Below, piece by piece: positions 37,242 to 47,494 of a stretch of DNA of 64,000 bases; the first letter of the stretch is position 1; the number at the start of each line of letters is the position of its first letter. The position numbers and the translations under genes were made by a program. Under the pieces are notes generated by a model. It did no database searches. It saw only the letters and a list, made by a program, of their open reading frames with translations, and was not told the DNA's origin. The DNA comes from an uncultured Planctomycetaceae bacterium (GTDB lineage Bacteria > Planctomycetota > Planctomycetia > Planctomycetales > Planctomycetaceae): contig CAXBME010000002.1 of assembly GCA_963976765.1 (NCBI GenBank), positions 124,001 through 188,000 on the forward strand, in the 5' to 3' direction.

Positions 37242-38219
37242 ATGCGAATGATTTCCTGGAAGCGCTGCCTGATGCAGTCGCTGGCCGTGATGACTGCTCT
37301 CAGCGTGTTTACGTACAACACGGCTGAAGCGCAAGTCGTCCCTGGCTCTGGCTACAAGATCAACGAAGTCGGTGACGACTTTGAAGACGAGGACTGGTCA
37401 TACATCCCGAACTGGCCCAAGGCCAGTCAGAACCTGGACAGCCAGACTCGCCATAACCTCGGTGAGTCCGCCAATGGACGCTGGTACGAAAGTGCCTATC
37501 GAGGCCAGCCTGACATCATTCGCCGAGTCCCAACTCCCGCAGGTGGACTCCCGGGAAGTAAGGGCTCGTTGTTGCTTCGTTCGAAGTTCACCGGCATTCC
37601 GGAAATGGTGACGCACAAGCAGCAGCAGGACGACTTCCTGGCAAACGTGAACGGTATCACCGGTGCGATTTCAGTTGCCAACTCGCCGAGCTTCGTCGTC
37701 CGCGTCTTCCTTCCACCGTGGAACGAATGGGAACAGCGGACCGGGGCGACGTTTGGCATCCGGGCTGACTGCGAAGGCATGGTGGTGAAGAGCGAAGAGA
37801 AAAGAGGTCTTTTCGGCATCACCATTCGCGAAAAGCGAAAACAGGACGCCTACTGGCCGGGCTTCTTCATTCAGTACAACTGCAAAAAGGATCCGAAGTA
37901 CGACGAGGATTCCGCCATCGTTCTGATTCGTTCCGACGATAAAGGGCGAGACCTGTTCGGACCATACATCACACAGACCGGCTGGTGGACGTTTGGCATG
38001 TCGTTTACGCCGGACTCCAGAGTTCACTATTACGCCAGTCCTGGCGTCGACGCATTGACCCAGGCCGACTACATCACCTCGACGAAACCTTACAATGCTG
38101 AGACCCAGCGTCTGGTGACATTCTTCTTCAACGTCGTAAATATGGACGATGGTCGCACCTGGTCGACAAACTGGATCGTTGACGATCCGGAAGTGTTCGT
38201 CCTGCGTCGATGGTGGTAG
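37242..38219 (+). CDS. Secreted hypothetical protein (beta-sandwich/lectin-like fold possible)
   Basis: GGAG SD, signal peptide ending AEA-Q, and aromatic-rich motifs VGDDFED, YWPGFFI, GWWTFGMSF, WIVDDP. Confidence 0.75.
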   Translation: MRMISWKRCLMQSLAVMTALSVFTYNTAEAQVVPGSGYKINEVGDDFEDEDWSYIPNWPKASQNLDSQTRHNLGESANGRWYESAYRGQPDIIRRVPTPAGGLPGSKGSLLLRSKFTGIPEMVTHKQQQDDFLANVNGITGAISVANSPSFVVRVFLPPWNEWEQRTGATFGIRADCEGMVVKSEEKRGLFGITIREKRKQDAYWPGFFIQYNCKKDPKYDEDSAIVLIRSDDKGRDLFGPYITQTGWWTFGMSFTPDSRVHYYASPGVDALTQADYITSTKPYNAETQRLVTFFFNVVNMDDGRTWSTNWIVDDPEVFVLRRWW

Positions 38220-38262
38220 GCCACGTCGAAGGGTCGAATTCGCTTTCGTCCTGATTGAATTA

Positions 38263-38308
38263 AGCAAGGCCGTCTGGAATTTCGATTCCAGACGGCCTTG
38301 TTCGTTTT
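38263..38308. terminator. Intrinsic terminator between convergent genes
   Basis: 16-bp perfect stem caaggccgtctggaat / attccagacggccttg with a TTCG loop. Confidence 0.85.
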
Positions 38309-38334
38309 CGGAAGTTGACGATCAATCCGTTGCT

Positions 38335-39042
38335 TCAGCACTTCGCCGACTTGCGTTTCTTTCCGACGCGGCCCATTGATTCGACCTTTGCGATCATTTC
38401 AGTCGCCAGCGGCGTCTGACACGCCGTGTCACCCATGTCGACTTCAACAATGCCAATCTTCTTTGCCGTCGCCTTCGCCGCCTCGAGTAGCGGCTTCACG
38501 TAAGTGCCGACTGAGATCACAAAACCGTTCATGCAGTACTTGACGCGGTTCGGAGCCGTGGCAATCTCCGCTTCGACTTTCTTCAGCAGCGTCCTGATTT
38601 CGTCGAGATCGAGCTGGTCGTCCGCACGAATTGAAAGCACTGCCGAGTAGGTGCTCCACCCGGCGCAAGCTCGTTTGGAGTCTTTCATCTTAAGCCACTT
38701 CATCGCGAGCGCGCACGCGGCCTCGTTCTCCGCCGCGACACCTGGCAACGAGTATCCGCTTAACATGTGCCACCACGCTGTCCTCGACCAGCCATCAAGC
38801 TGCTGGCGAGTCATCAGCCGACCGTCTGCCGCCAGCCCGGCAAGGTACATGGCATCGCCGTTTCCGGTATCCCACAATGCCAGCGCCAATTCCTGATCGC
38901 CCTTAATCTTCTTCAAGACTTTTTTCAGATCACCGATCTGCACCCCGAACATGTCGCCGTCTGCTCCATGCCGACGGTACGTCGCCAACGTGGCTGGCTT
39001 TGCGAGCAACTTCAATTCTTCCATCACTTCGGCGAGCGTCAT
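38335..39042 (-). CDS. DNA alkylation repair protein (AlkD-like HEAT repeat)
   Basis: FGVQIGDLKK..KKIKGDQELALALWDTGNGDAMYLA, NRVKYCMNGFVI.VG and VDMGDTAC. Confidence 0.85.
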   Translation of the reverse strand: MTLAEVMEELKLLAKPATLATYRRHGADGDMFGVQIGDLKKVLKKIKGDQELALALWDTGNGDAMYLAGLAADGRLMTRQQLDGWSRTAWWHMLSGYSLPGVAAENEAACALAMKWLKMKDSKRACAGWSTYSAVLSIRADDQLDLDEIRTLLKKVEAEIATAPNRVKYCMNGFVISVGTYVKPLLEAAKATAKKIGIVEVDMGDTACQTPLATEMIAKVESMGRVGKKRKSAKC

Positions 39043-39268
39043 GCTTGATCCCTTCCAGTTACCAACAGACTGCGGCTCGCGTTGGCAAGCATCCGCGACT
39101 GGCGCAGGCAGAATAAATCGAAGCCGAAATGATTCACAACGACGCACGCAGCGTCCTGACGCATCCTCATTCTGCATGGCGATCGTGGAGTGGTACGTCG
39201 AGACGTTCTTTGCGGGAAACTGACGAAGCGGCCTCGATGTCAGATACACCGCGACCGCTCAATTGTGA

Positions 39269-40633
39269 CTATGCCAGCTTATAAAACTCTTCCCAGCCTT
39301 TTCGGGGCGGGTTGCCTTTAAGAAGTTCGTTGGCGCGAGGGTTGTTTGTGATCTGTTTCGTGTTGGTGTCGAACTTGAGGTTCTCCCCCAGACGCTGAGC
39401 GATGCAGCCCAGCATGAAGACCTGAGTGAGCGGGCCAGCGATGGCAAAGGACGAATTGCAGTGGGGGTCGAGACCGGCGGATGCTCTCAGGAAATTGTCC
39501 ATGTGACTGGTGGACGTTCTGCTGACGGACGGCCCCGGCAGATTTGCAGCAACTTCCTTCTGCCTGGTTCCGCCGACGACCTTGAGCGAAGCACTGTGAG
39601 TGCCGCCGACAAAGGTGAGGTCGTCGCTGTAGATCGCTTTGCCACAACTCGGGATGCTGACTCCTTCTTCGCTGGCCGGGCGATTCTTCACACCGTCGTA
39701 CCAGTTAATGGTCATCTCAGGCATGTCGGAACCACGTTCGGGGAAGTCGAAGGCGATCGTTGTGCCGTGCGGAAAGATGAACTCATTCGGACTTTCGATC
39801 TTTTCAGCACGAATCGTGTGCGGCAGATCCAGCTTCAGGAAACGGTGGATCGTGTCGAGCGTATGCGGTCCCCAGTCCCCGAAAGCACCGTTCCCGTAGT
39901 CGTACCAGCCACGCCAGTTGCCGGGGTCGTATTTACCATTGTACGGACGCTTCGGCGCGGTGCCGGCCCAGACGTCCCAGTTCATTCCGGTCGGCATTTT
40001 CGCTTCTGCCGGAAAGGCTTTAATGTCTCCCCAGGGATGCCAGCGGCGTCCCTTGTTCATGCAGGCGTCAACCCGGCGAACGTTTTTGATGATGCCTTTA
40101 TCCACCCACGACTCGAACTGCAGCCGCTGGCCACTGGAGTGTCCCTGGTTCCCCATCTGACACATCACGCCGTACTTCTTTTCGGCAGCCATCAACAGTT
40201 CGCATTCTTCGAACGTGTGAGCCAGCGGCTTTTCGACGTAGACATGAATTCCCAGCGACATCGCCAGCATCGCGATCGGGAAGTGAGCATGGTCGGGAAC
40301 TCCAATCGTGCAGACATCGATTTTGTCGCCCATCTTCTCGAACATCTCGCGGAAATCATCGAAGAAAACGGCGTCGTCACACTGGCCCTTCATTCTGTTT
40401 CTGAAACCTTCAGCCCGTGACGGAACAACATCGCAGAGTGCTACGCACTGAGTCAGCCGGTGATTGACAGCCCCCGAGCCGATCGAACCGCCCTGATTCG
40501 CACAACCAATGACAGCCAGATTCAGCTTGTCATCCTTCGCGACCTCGCCGCTGACAAAAGTGGGAAGGATCGTTGATGCCGCTGATGCAAGGGCAGACTG
40601 TTTCAGTAACTCTCGACGATTCATTCGGCTCAT
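39269..40633 (-). CDS. Tat-exported Gfo/Idh/MocA oxidoreductase
   Basis: Twin-Arg NRRELLK, Rossmann LAVIGC, PDHAH, HVYVEKPL, QMGNQ and GDWGPH. ATG 40633 has an AAAGGG SD. Confidence 0.93.
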   Translation of the reverse strand: MSRMNRRELLKQSALASAASTILPTFVSGEVAKDDKLNLAVIGCANQGGSIGSGAVNHRLTQCVALCDVVPSRAEGFRNRMKGQCDDAVFFDDFREMFEKMGDKIDVCTIGVPDHAHFPIAMLAMSLGIHVYVEKPLAHTFEECELLMAAEKKYGVMCQMGNQGHSSGQRLQFESWVDKGIIKNVRRVDACMNKGRRWHPWGDIKAFPAEAKMPTGMNWDVWAGTAPKRPYNGKYDPGNWRGWYDYGNGAFGDWGPHTLDTIHRFLKLDLPHTIRAEKIESPNEFIFPHGTTIAFDFPERGSDMPEMTINWYDGVKNRPASEEGVSIPSCGKAIYSDDLTFVGGTHSASLKVVGGTRQKEVAANLPGPSVSRTSTSHMDNFLRASAGLDPHCNSSFAIAGPLTQVFMLGCIAQRLGENLKFDTNTKQITNNPRANELLKGNPPRKGWEEFYKLA

Positions 40634-40796
40634 GGCTTTACCCTTTCGTTCGATCTGTGTGGGGCCAGTGTCGGTCAGTATTTGAAGGTGAGATGGTATT
40701 GCTGGCGAGGACAAAGACGCCAACTCGACGTCGAAAAACCTGTCGACCTGGCGATCCTCAGGACGCGATTCGGAATGGTCAACAATTCGGCCACAG

Positions 40797-41066
40797 CTAA
40801 CGCTGCAAGGTGTCAGGCGCTGGCGCTGCCAATCGGTTGCCGCCAGCGTCGAACGGTTTCCCGTCGAGCGTTCCAATCTGAGCCTTCCGGTCCGACGACT
40901 CCGCAACGTTTCCAGTGATGACTGGCGACTTCGTCGGAGCGAGGATAACGAATGCTGACTGGATCGACTTGAAGTCGTCGGGAACTCCAGGTTCAGCGGC
41001 GACAACCGGATAGACGCTTGATCCGGCAACAGCAACGACGAGCACAACAAAGGTTAGAAACTTCAT
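40797..41066 (-). CDS. Small secreted protein or deleted remnant of a beta-helix protein
   Basis: Clear signal peptide MKFLTFVVLVVAVAGSSVYPVVA followed by VPDDFKSIQSA. Only 89 aa. Confidence 0.45.
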   Translation of the reverse strand: MKFLTFVVLVVAVAGSSVYPVVAAEPGVPDDFKSIQSAFVILAPTKSPVITGNVAESSDRKAQIGTLDGKPFDAGGNRLAAPAPDTLQR

Positions 41067-41327
41067 GGCATGCTGCCCGAAAGGTGATTCGAAAATCGCA
41101 GCACGGCTCCAAACATCGAGCCAGGACAACCGCAACAAGTATCACCAGGCACCCAGCAAGAAAGAAGACTGCCACAAAGACATCCTGTATCGCCGCCGCT
41201 CAGTTCGCAAGCAACCGCTTACCACCCGCGAACTCATTGGTGCAGGCTGGGGCTCGCTCCAGCTTGACGCCTGTTGTCAGGATACGTCTCCGCCGTCGTC
41301 ACTGTTCAAGGGGCGAAAAAACAACAC

Positions 41328-42206
41328 TCAGTTGTCGTAGACCGGGACCATTTTCCGCATGTTGGCGACTCGGACGACCAGGAGACGCTGGAGGCCTCCG
41401 GATTCGTGAATGCTGCGGAAGAAGGAGTGGCCGGCGGATTCGTTGTCTTCACCCTCAGCCGTGATGATGGCCATCTCTCCGACGTTGAGACTCAACGAAA
41501 ACTTCTGGTCGAACAGTGGTTCGACCAGCTGGCCGCGGCGGCGGGTCCAGTCGAGCTGCGTGGCAACGGGGCGCAGCCAGTTCTGCCCGTGGTGGACTTC
41601 CGGCGTGAAGTTCAGCCGGACCCAGCCATCCTGTTCCCGGTCGATCTGAACGTTGAGAATGCATTTTGCATTGGAATAGGTCTTCGTCTTTCCGTCGGCG
41701 ACCGGCTTGAGACGCAGCTCCGGTTGCAATTCGGTCAGATCGATCGGGAGGTTACCACCAGCGGCCAGAGCAACTCGTCGACCGACCAGGCGACGTTCGC
41801 TGTCAATCACCTCGGGGCGTTCAGAAGACATTTCCAGCAGTTGTTCAAGCGCTTTCGGCGGGTGTGAACTGGCGTGTCCGACTCGCCAGCCGTTTTCTCG
41901 AAGCGTGCCTCGAATGTCGGCGGACATGCCGGCGATCTGGTCGACCTGCTTCCACAGTGAGTCGCCCAGTAAGGCGTCGTTGGCAGGCCGGTCGACAAAC
42001 AGGATTTCGAGTTGAACAGCGTCTCGGGAGGCGACAATCGGTGGAAGTTTAAGTTCAGACTTTCCACTTGACTCAGTTGATGAAAACAGCGTCGAGATGT
42101 TTAAAAGATTGCAGCCTGTTGCGCACAGGCAGGCTCCAGCGCAGAGCACGCTCAGCAGCCGGGTAGTACGGCGTCGAAGATCAGGTGCCTGGCGACCCGA
42201 TATCAT
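41328..42206 (-). CDS. Lipoprotein, hypothetical
   Basis: Lipobox ATG-C, and motifs VQLEILFV..LWKQVD..LRENGWRVG, VRLNFTPEVHHG and RLLVVR. Confidence 0.75.
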   Translation of the reverse strand: MISGRQAPDLRRRTTRLLSVLCAGACLCATGCNLLNISTLFSSTESSGKSELKLPPIVASRDAVQLEILFVDRPANDALLGDSLWKQVDQIAGMSADIRGTLRENGWRVGHASSHPPKALEQLLEMSSERPEVIDSERRLVGRRVALAAGGNLPIDLTELQPELRLKPVADGKTKTYSNAKCILNVQIDREQDGWVRLNFTPEVHHGQNWLRPVATQLDWTRRRGQLVEPLFDQKFSLSLNVGEMAIITAEGEDNESAGHSFFRSIHESGGLQRLLVVRVANMRKMVPVYDN

Positions 42207-42381
42207 GTGAGGTTTCCACGGGATGAGCTGGGAATGCGACTGATGATCGTTAGTCGCCGAATCCGATGAGTCAGAGTGACTCGGAAGTGAGATCTGGAAG
42301 GGACCGGAGTCTAGGTGGCAATTGCCAGGCAGGTCAATTTCAGTCCTGACAAGAGAAATTGCGGCGTTCGAAGTGGGAAGT

Positions 42382-42459
42382 GTGTGCCACTGGCTCTGCC
42401 AGTGTTTTGGTGAATCGGAGTCTACCGGCGATCCCGCACTACCAGAGCCAGTGGCACAC
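42382..42459. repeat. REP-doublet (REPIN-like) inverted repeat element, copy 1
   Basis: gtgtgccactggctctgccagtg - 32 nt - cactaccagagccagtggcacac (inverted, 2 mismatches). Confidence 0.75.
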
Positions 42460-42664
42460 GATTGACTGAATCTGTTCGGTCGGTTTCAGCAGGGAACGTT
42501 CCAGCGACAGCTCTGGAAATCAACGCAGCTTGCTGGTGTTTCCGGCTTCGCCTACACTCGATTTCGGCTGTTCCGCTCTGTCGAGACCGCCGAATGCAAC
42601 TAAAAATTACCGGCTGCCAGAAACCAGCGGTTGAGTGAATCATCCGATATCAGGAGCGGCGATT

Positions 42665-44038
42665 ATGGCGTTTGACATGCGTTGGAGAGTTCGAACTCTG
42701 TGGGCTCTCGTCCTTGTGTTGATGGTGAGCCCGGTCGACGCTCAGGATGAAACCAAGGCCGCTCCGAAACAGGACGACTACTTTGAGCTGATGCAGACCT
42801 TTGTCGATACGTTCGAGCAGGTCGATCGAAACTACGTCAAGGATGTCGATCGCCGCAAGCTGCTCGAAGCAGCGTTGCGTGGCATGATCAAAGAGCTGGA
42901 TCCGTACTCCAGCTACATCCCGCCGGAGGAACTGGCTCGCTTCAATCAGCAGGTTGATCAACAGTTTGGTGGTATCGGAATTCAGGTTCAGCCGGACCCG
43001 AGAACAAGTCGCATCCTGGTCATTTCTCCGCTGCCCGACACCCCGGCCTACAAAGCGGGTGTCCGCGCTGGAGACATCGTGACCGAGGTCGAAGGGTACG
43101 ACACCGAAAACATGCCACTGTCCCGGGCTGTTGAACTAATGAAAGGTCCGCCGGGAGAAACCGTCTCGATCAAGGTTCGTCATCTGTCTGCCACAGAAGA
43201 CGAAGAGATCGTCATGGAGCGAGCGATTATCAGCGTCAAATCAGTGCTGGGGGACAAGTGGGGCAAGGACGGGGCGTGGGATTTCCTGATCGATGACGAA
43301 CAGAAAATCGGATACGTGCGGCTCACTCAGTTTGGACGAAAAAGTGCAGAGGAGCTGGCTGCGGCCATCGACACCCTCCAGAAGCAGGGGATGAAAGGTC
43401 TGATTCTGGACCTGCGATTTAATCCCGGTGGGCTGCTTTCACAGGCCGTCGAAATTTCTGACATGTTCATTGATTCGGGAACGATTGTCAGCACCGAAGG
43501 AAAGAACACAGAGAAGCGAACGTTCTCCGCCACTAAAGCCGGAACTCTTCCTGATTTCCCAATGGCCATTCTGATCAACCGGTTCAGCGCGTCGGCGAGC
43601 GAGATTCTCAGCGCGTGCCTGCAGGACCACAAAAGGGCCGTCGTCGTGGGAGAGCGAAGCTGGGGTAAAGGCAGTGTCCAGAACGTGATTGAACTTGAGT
43701 CGGGCGCCAGTGCCCTCAAGCTGACCACTGCCGGCTATCTACGACCAAGTGGGAAGAACATTCACCGCTTCCCTGACTCAAAGATCACGGACGAGTGGGG
43801 CGTACATCCAGACGAGGAAGTCAAATTCACTCGCAAAGAACTGGAAGACTACGATGAGTATCGCCGAGCCCGCGACGTGTTAACCGAGGCCGCCCCTCCG
43901 GAATCGGAATTCAAAGATCGTCAGTTTGAAACGGCTCTGGAACGCGTTCGAGCGATGCTCAACGGGGAAGGAGCGAAAGAAGAAACTGAAAAAAACGACG
44001 ACGCTGAAACGACAGAGAAAGACAAAGCGGCTGCCTGA
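42665..44038 (+). CDS. ctpA: S41 C-terminal processing protease (CtpA-like, PDZ)
   Basis: LDPYSSY, FGGIGI, LDLRFNPGG, SASASEI, WGKGSVQ and LKLTTA.Y..PSG. Confidence 0.93.
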   Translation: MAFDMRWRVRTLWALVLVLMVSPVDAQDETKAAPKQDDYFELMQTFVDTFEQVDRNYVKDVDRRKLLEAALRGMIKELDPYSSYIPPEELARFNQQVDQQFGGIGIQVQPDPRTSRILVISPLPDTPAYKAGVRAGDIVTEVEGYDTENMPLSRAVELMKGPPGETVSIKVRHLSATEDEEIVMERAIISVKSVLGDKWGKDGAWDFLIDDEQKIGYVRLTQFGRKSAEELAAAIDTLQKQGMKGLILDLRFNPGGLLSQAVEISDMFIDSGTIVSTEGKNTEKRTFSATKAGTLPDFPMAILINRFSASASEILSACLQDHKRAVVVGERSWGKGSVQNVIELESGASALKLTTAGYLRPSGKNIHRFPDSKITDEWGVHPDEEVKFTRKELEDYDEYRRARDVLTEAAPPESEFKDRQFETALERVRAMLNGEGAKEETEKNDDAETTEKDKAAA

Positions 44039-44302
44039 TTCGAGTCTGGAAAAGAGAAGTTAGAAGTTGATTAAAAGCTGGGAAATTCAGGCAGATTCGA
44101 GTCTTGACACTCTGATTTTGCAGAACTACGATCCCGCGCAGCTTCTGGTTTGCCTGCAAATTCCAACGAATTCGACCAGGCAGGCAGGATGGGCTCAGCA
44201 GTGGTTGCGAGCCAGCCGATAAGTGTCGCGTCACAGGTTTCACACTTCTGAGTTTCGCCTCTGGATGCCGATTTATCGGCGGGCAAAAGAAAAGGATTCA
44301 CA

Positions 44303-44578
44303 ATGGCTCACATCGTCGCGGAACCCTGTTTCAACTGTAAGTACACAGACTGCGTCGTCGTTTGCCCCGTAGAGTGCTTCTACGAGGGGGAAGCGATGCT
44401 CTTTATCCATCCGGATGAGTGCATTGACTGCGAAGCCTGTGTTCCAGAATGCCCGGTTGAAGCTATTTTCCATGAAGACAATCTGCCGGAAGAATGGGCC
44501 GGATACAAAGAACTGAACGCCGAAATGGCTGCTCAGTGCCCGGTTCTGACCGAGAAAAAAGAGCCAATGGGCGAGTAA
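44303..44578 (+). CDS. fdxA: 7Fe-type ferredoxin (FdxA family)
   Basis: [33 protein letters not shown]. Confidence 0.93.
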   Translation: MAHIVAEPCFNCKYTDCVVVCPVECFYEGEAMLFIHPDECIDCEACVPECPVEAIFHEDNLPEEWAGYKELNAEMAAQCPVLTEKKEPMGE

Positions 44579-44637
44579 CCGCTCTCGCTCGAAGCGACTT
44601 TCCGTTGAGTCGAGCAATGGCTTGAAGACGACAATTG

Positions 44638-44677
44638 AACAGGCGGCTGATCTTCGTGGTCAGCCGCCTGTTTCGTT
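44638..44677 (+). terminator. Intrinsic terminator after ferredoxin
   Basis: Stem aacaggcggctga / tcagccgcctgtt followed by a T-rich tail. Confidence 0.75.
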
Positions 44678-44955
44678 GATCGATCGTTTTTCTTGGCGCC
44701 CGGCGATGAACAGGTCACTACCGACGCCACGTCGAACGACTCTGAGGCTCAGTCGGATGCACTACCAGGCTGCGTAATCGTTAAAGTCGCCTTCCCGCAC
44801 AAGTCGATGATAGAGGTGCCGCTGGTTTCTTCGGAGCAGGGTGCGTCCGCGCTCCGTCCGATCCCCGAAATCTCCACGAATGCAGATTTCACCAGTACCA
44901 GCCGACCGATGACCCGCACCATGACTCACTCGCATCGACTCAGGACCCCCCCTCT

Positions 44956-45525
44956 ATGTCTTCAGGTTCGAAAGAACGTAAGGAACAGATTCGTCTGGGC
45001 TTTATGACGGCAGTCGAAATCGGAGACCGCAATTTCGTCGGCGGCCTGCTTGTCACTGACCGCTTCGGACGACCTCTGGAATTTCAATGCACAACTCCGG
45101 TCAAACCAAATCGTACTCAGGAACTGCTTTACGGTCCGACACTAGTGCCCTTTATCCTGGGCGATCTTCTCGGGAAGGCATTGCTGGATCGAGTGTCCGT
45201 TAAGCCGTCGCTGATCCTGACCAGTCGCATCGAAATGCTGCAACTTCGCACGAAAGTTTCCATTCCCATTATTTACGACGAAGCATCAACCGAGTCCGAT
45301 TCGCAACCGACGACCGACAACAAAGCAAAGTCGGTCAGTCAGGAGATTCGAATCGGTCGACAAACATTCCGAATGCACGACGAGTTCACAGATGATCGTT
45401 CGGGCATTGAAAAAATCAGCCTGCAACTCTCCGATGACGCCAATATGCACGAACCGCTGGAACGGGTTGGCGAAGCTTTGCGGGAAACGCTGTCAACGAT
45501 TACGGCGCGACCACGCGTCGCCTGA
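44956..45525 (+). CDS. Conserved hypothetical protein
   Basis: GGLLVTDRFGRPLEFQCTTPVKPNRTQELLYGPTL and EPLERV.EAL. It lies upstream of the helicase. Confidence 0.75.
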   Translation: MSSGSKERKEQIRLGFMTAVEIGDRNFVGGLLVTDRFGRPLEFQCTTPVKPNRTQELLYGPTLVPFILGDLLGKALLDRVSVKPSLILTSRIEMLQLRTKVSIPIIYDEASTESDSQPTTDNKAKSVSQEIRIGRQTFRMHDEFTDDRSGIEKISLQLSDDANMHEPLERVGEALRETLSTITARPRVA

Positions 45526-45576
45526 CTGAATCGCAGGAAAAATTCACGCTACACGAAACGCTGCCGGAGTCCCTGC

Positions 45577-47457
45577 ATGCTGCCCGACCAGGACAATCCA
45601 GGAAGCTCGACGGCCTCTGTCACCTACGATGTGCCGTGCCCGCGAGCGGCAGACTTTCCGTTCGACACGTCGCCGATCGACTTGTTGCCGACAGTCGACA
45701 TTTATTCGTCCGGAGCAAACGTTGCGCTGAATCGCTGGCCGACCATCGAGTGCCGGCAGGTAGATCAAAAACTGACGGTCGGAACTGTTCCGTCGTGGAA
45801 GCCCGGTTGGCCGAAGGTTCACACCGTTGGCCTCGCCTTTCCCGAGGCGATCGAGTTTCTTCCACCCGATGTCCCGAAAGACGAAGAGAAGCAGGAAGCA
45901 TCGCGTCCGAAAACAAAGAAGACTTCGGACTCTGCGGATGAAAACTCACCTCGCAAGCCAACTCGACTGAAGCCGCCGAGCGATGCTTTGTCGCTTGAAG
46001 ACCGGCTTTTCTACATCCTGCAGCCACCACTCGAAACGATGCTGGCCGGCCAGGAACTGATCATGCCGTTCGAGCCGTTCCCCCATCAGTACGAAGGCAT
46101 CGGCTGGTTGTTTTCGCAGGAAGCCGCGTTGCTTGCTGACGAAATGGGCCTCGGAAAAACCATGCAGATGATCACAGCAGTCAGGCTGCTACTACGTGGT
46201 GGCCAGGTTCGCCGGGTTCTTCTGGTGTGTCCGAAACCGCTGATTCCAAACTGGCAACGCGAGTTTCGTGCGTGGGCCGAAGAGTTGCCGATCGTCACTG
46301 TCGAAGGCGACACAGCTCGCAGAAACCTGATCTGGAAGATGCCCGGCGTTCCCATCCTCATGACGAATTACGAAGTCATGGTCCGAGACATGGAGGCCAT
46401 GCCGGAAGAAGAGCGTCCGAAATTTGATCTGGTCGTCCTTGATGAAGCGCAGCGGATCAAGAACCGTGATTCAAAAACGGCGGTCATCACTCGCGACCTG
46501 AAGCGAAAGCGCAGCTGGTGCCTGACCGGAACGCCGATCGAAAATCGGCCTGAAGAACTGGTATCGCTTTTCGAATTCATGGAAGTCGTCAATGCTCGTG
46601 CGACGCCGGATTTGCGGCAACTTTCAAAACTGGCAGACAAGTACATTCTGCGACGCACAAAAGACGTCGCCATGAAGGACATGCCGCCTCGGCTTGACCG
46701 GGATGCGTATCTCGAACTAAGCCCCGCTCAGAAGTACGCCTACACGGTGGCTGAGAAAGAGGGCGTCGTTCAGCTCAACGAAATGGGCGACCAGGTGACC
46801 GTCCAGCACGTTTTTGAACTGGTCCTTCGCCTGAAGCAGATTACGAATTTCGACCCGCTGACCAACGAAAGTTCGAAACTCGATCGATTAGTCGCGGACA
46901 TGGAAGAAATTGCACAGAGTGGCGGCAAGGCAATCCTCTTCAGCCAATGGACAAAGGTTTTAGACTGGCTTGGCGAACGCCTGCAACAGTTCAACCCGCT
47001 GATCTATCACGGTGGCGTTCCGACTAAGAAGCGAGAACCAATCCTGGCGGAGTTCAAAGAGGATCCGACCAAACACATTCTGCTGATGAGCTATGGAACA
47101 GGGGCCGTCGGCTTGAACCTTCAGTTTGCCGGTTACGTCTTTCTGTTCGATCGCTGGTGGAATCCGGCCGTCGAGGATCAGGCCATTAACCGAGCACACC
47201 GAATCGGGCAAACCAGCACTGTGATCGTGACTCGGTTTATCTGTAACGATACGATCGAGGAACGCATTGATGCCGTTTTGCGGCACAAACGAGCGATCTT
47301 CGAGAGTGTACTGGGTGACGGAGATGTCGAGGACGCAGCCCGCAGCCTGACCGCCGCCGAGATTTTTGGCCTGTTCGATCTGAAAGCCAAACACGGCAAG
47401 GGGACCAGAAAAATCGCTCCGAAGATTGTGAAGGACGCGTCGTCAGACGCCGCATAG
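45577..47457 (+). CDS. SNF2-family helicase/ATPase
   Basis: [50 protein letters not shown] and TIEERI. Confidence 0.95.
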   Translation: MLPDQDNPGSSTASVTYDVPCPRAADFPFDTSPIDLLPTVDIYSSGANVALNRWPTIECRQVDQKLTVGTVPSWKPGWPKVHTVGLAFPEAIEFLPPDVPKDEEKQEASRPKTKKTSDSADENSPRKPTRLKPPSDALSLEDRLFYILQPPLETMLAGQELIMPFEPFPHQYEGIGWLFSQEAALLADEMGLGKTMQMITAVRLLLRGGQVRRVLLVCPKPLIPNWQREFRAWAEELPIVTVEGDTARRNLIWKMPGVPILMTNYEVMVRDMEAMPEEERPKFDLVVLDEAQRIKNRDSKTAVITRDLKRKRSWCLTGTPIENRPEELVSLFEFMEVVNARATPDLRQLSKLADKYILRRTKDVAMKDMPPRLDRDAYLELSPAQKYAYTVAEKEGVVQLNEMGDQVTVQHVFELVLRLKQITNFDPLTNESSKLDRLVADMEEIAQSGGKAILFSQWTKVLDWLGERLQQFNPLIYHGGVPTKKREPILAEFKEDPTKHILLMSYGTGAVGLNLQFAGYVFLFDRWWNPAVEDQAINRAHRIGQTSTVIVTRFICNDTIEERIDAVLRHKRAIFESVLGDGDVEDAARSLTAAEIFGLFDLKAKHGKGTRKIAPKIVKDASSDAA

Positions 47458-47494
47458 CCTCAGCCCGTGACACCACTGTTTGTAAATATCGCCC

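Noticed and set aside
42382..42459. Mini-CRISPR (repeat, 32-nt spacer, repeat), also at 58538-58613
   Set aside because: The repeats are inverted rather than direct, there are only two units per site, and no cas genes are present. A REP doublet fits better.
22004..44038. Two S41 proteases as a recent duplication
   Set aside because: They are the long Prc-type and the short CtpA-type subfamilies, clearly divergent, and commonly co-exist.
45577..47457. SNF2 helicase as part of an anti-phage defence system
   Set aside because: No methylase, nuclease or other defence genes are recognisable nearby. Context and composition look core.
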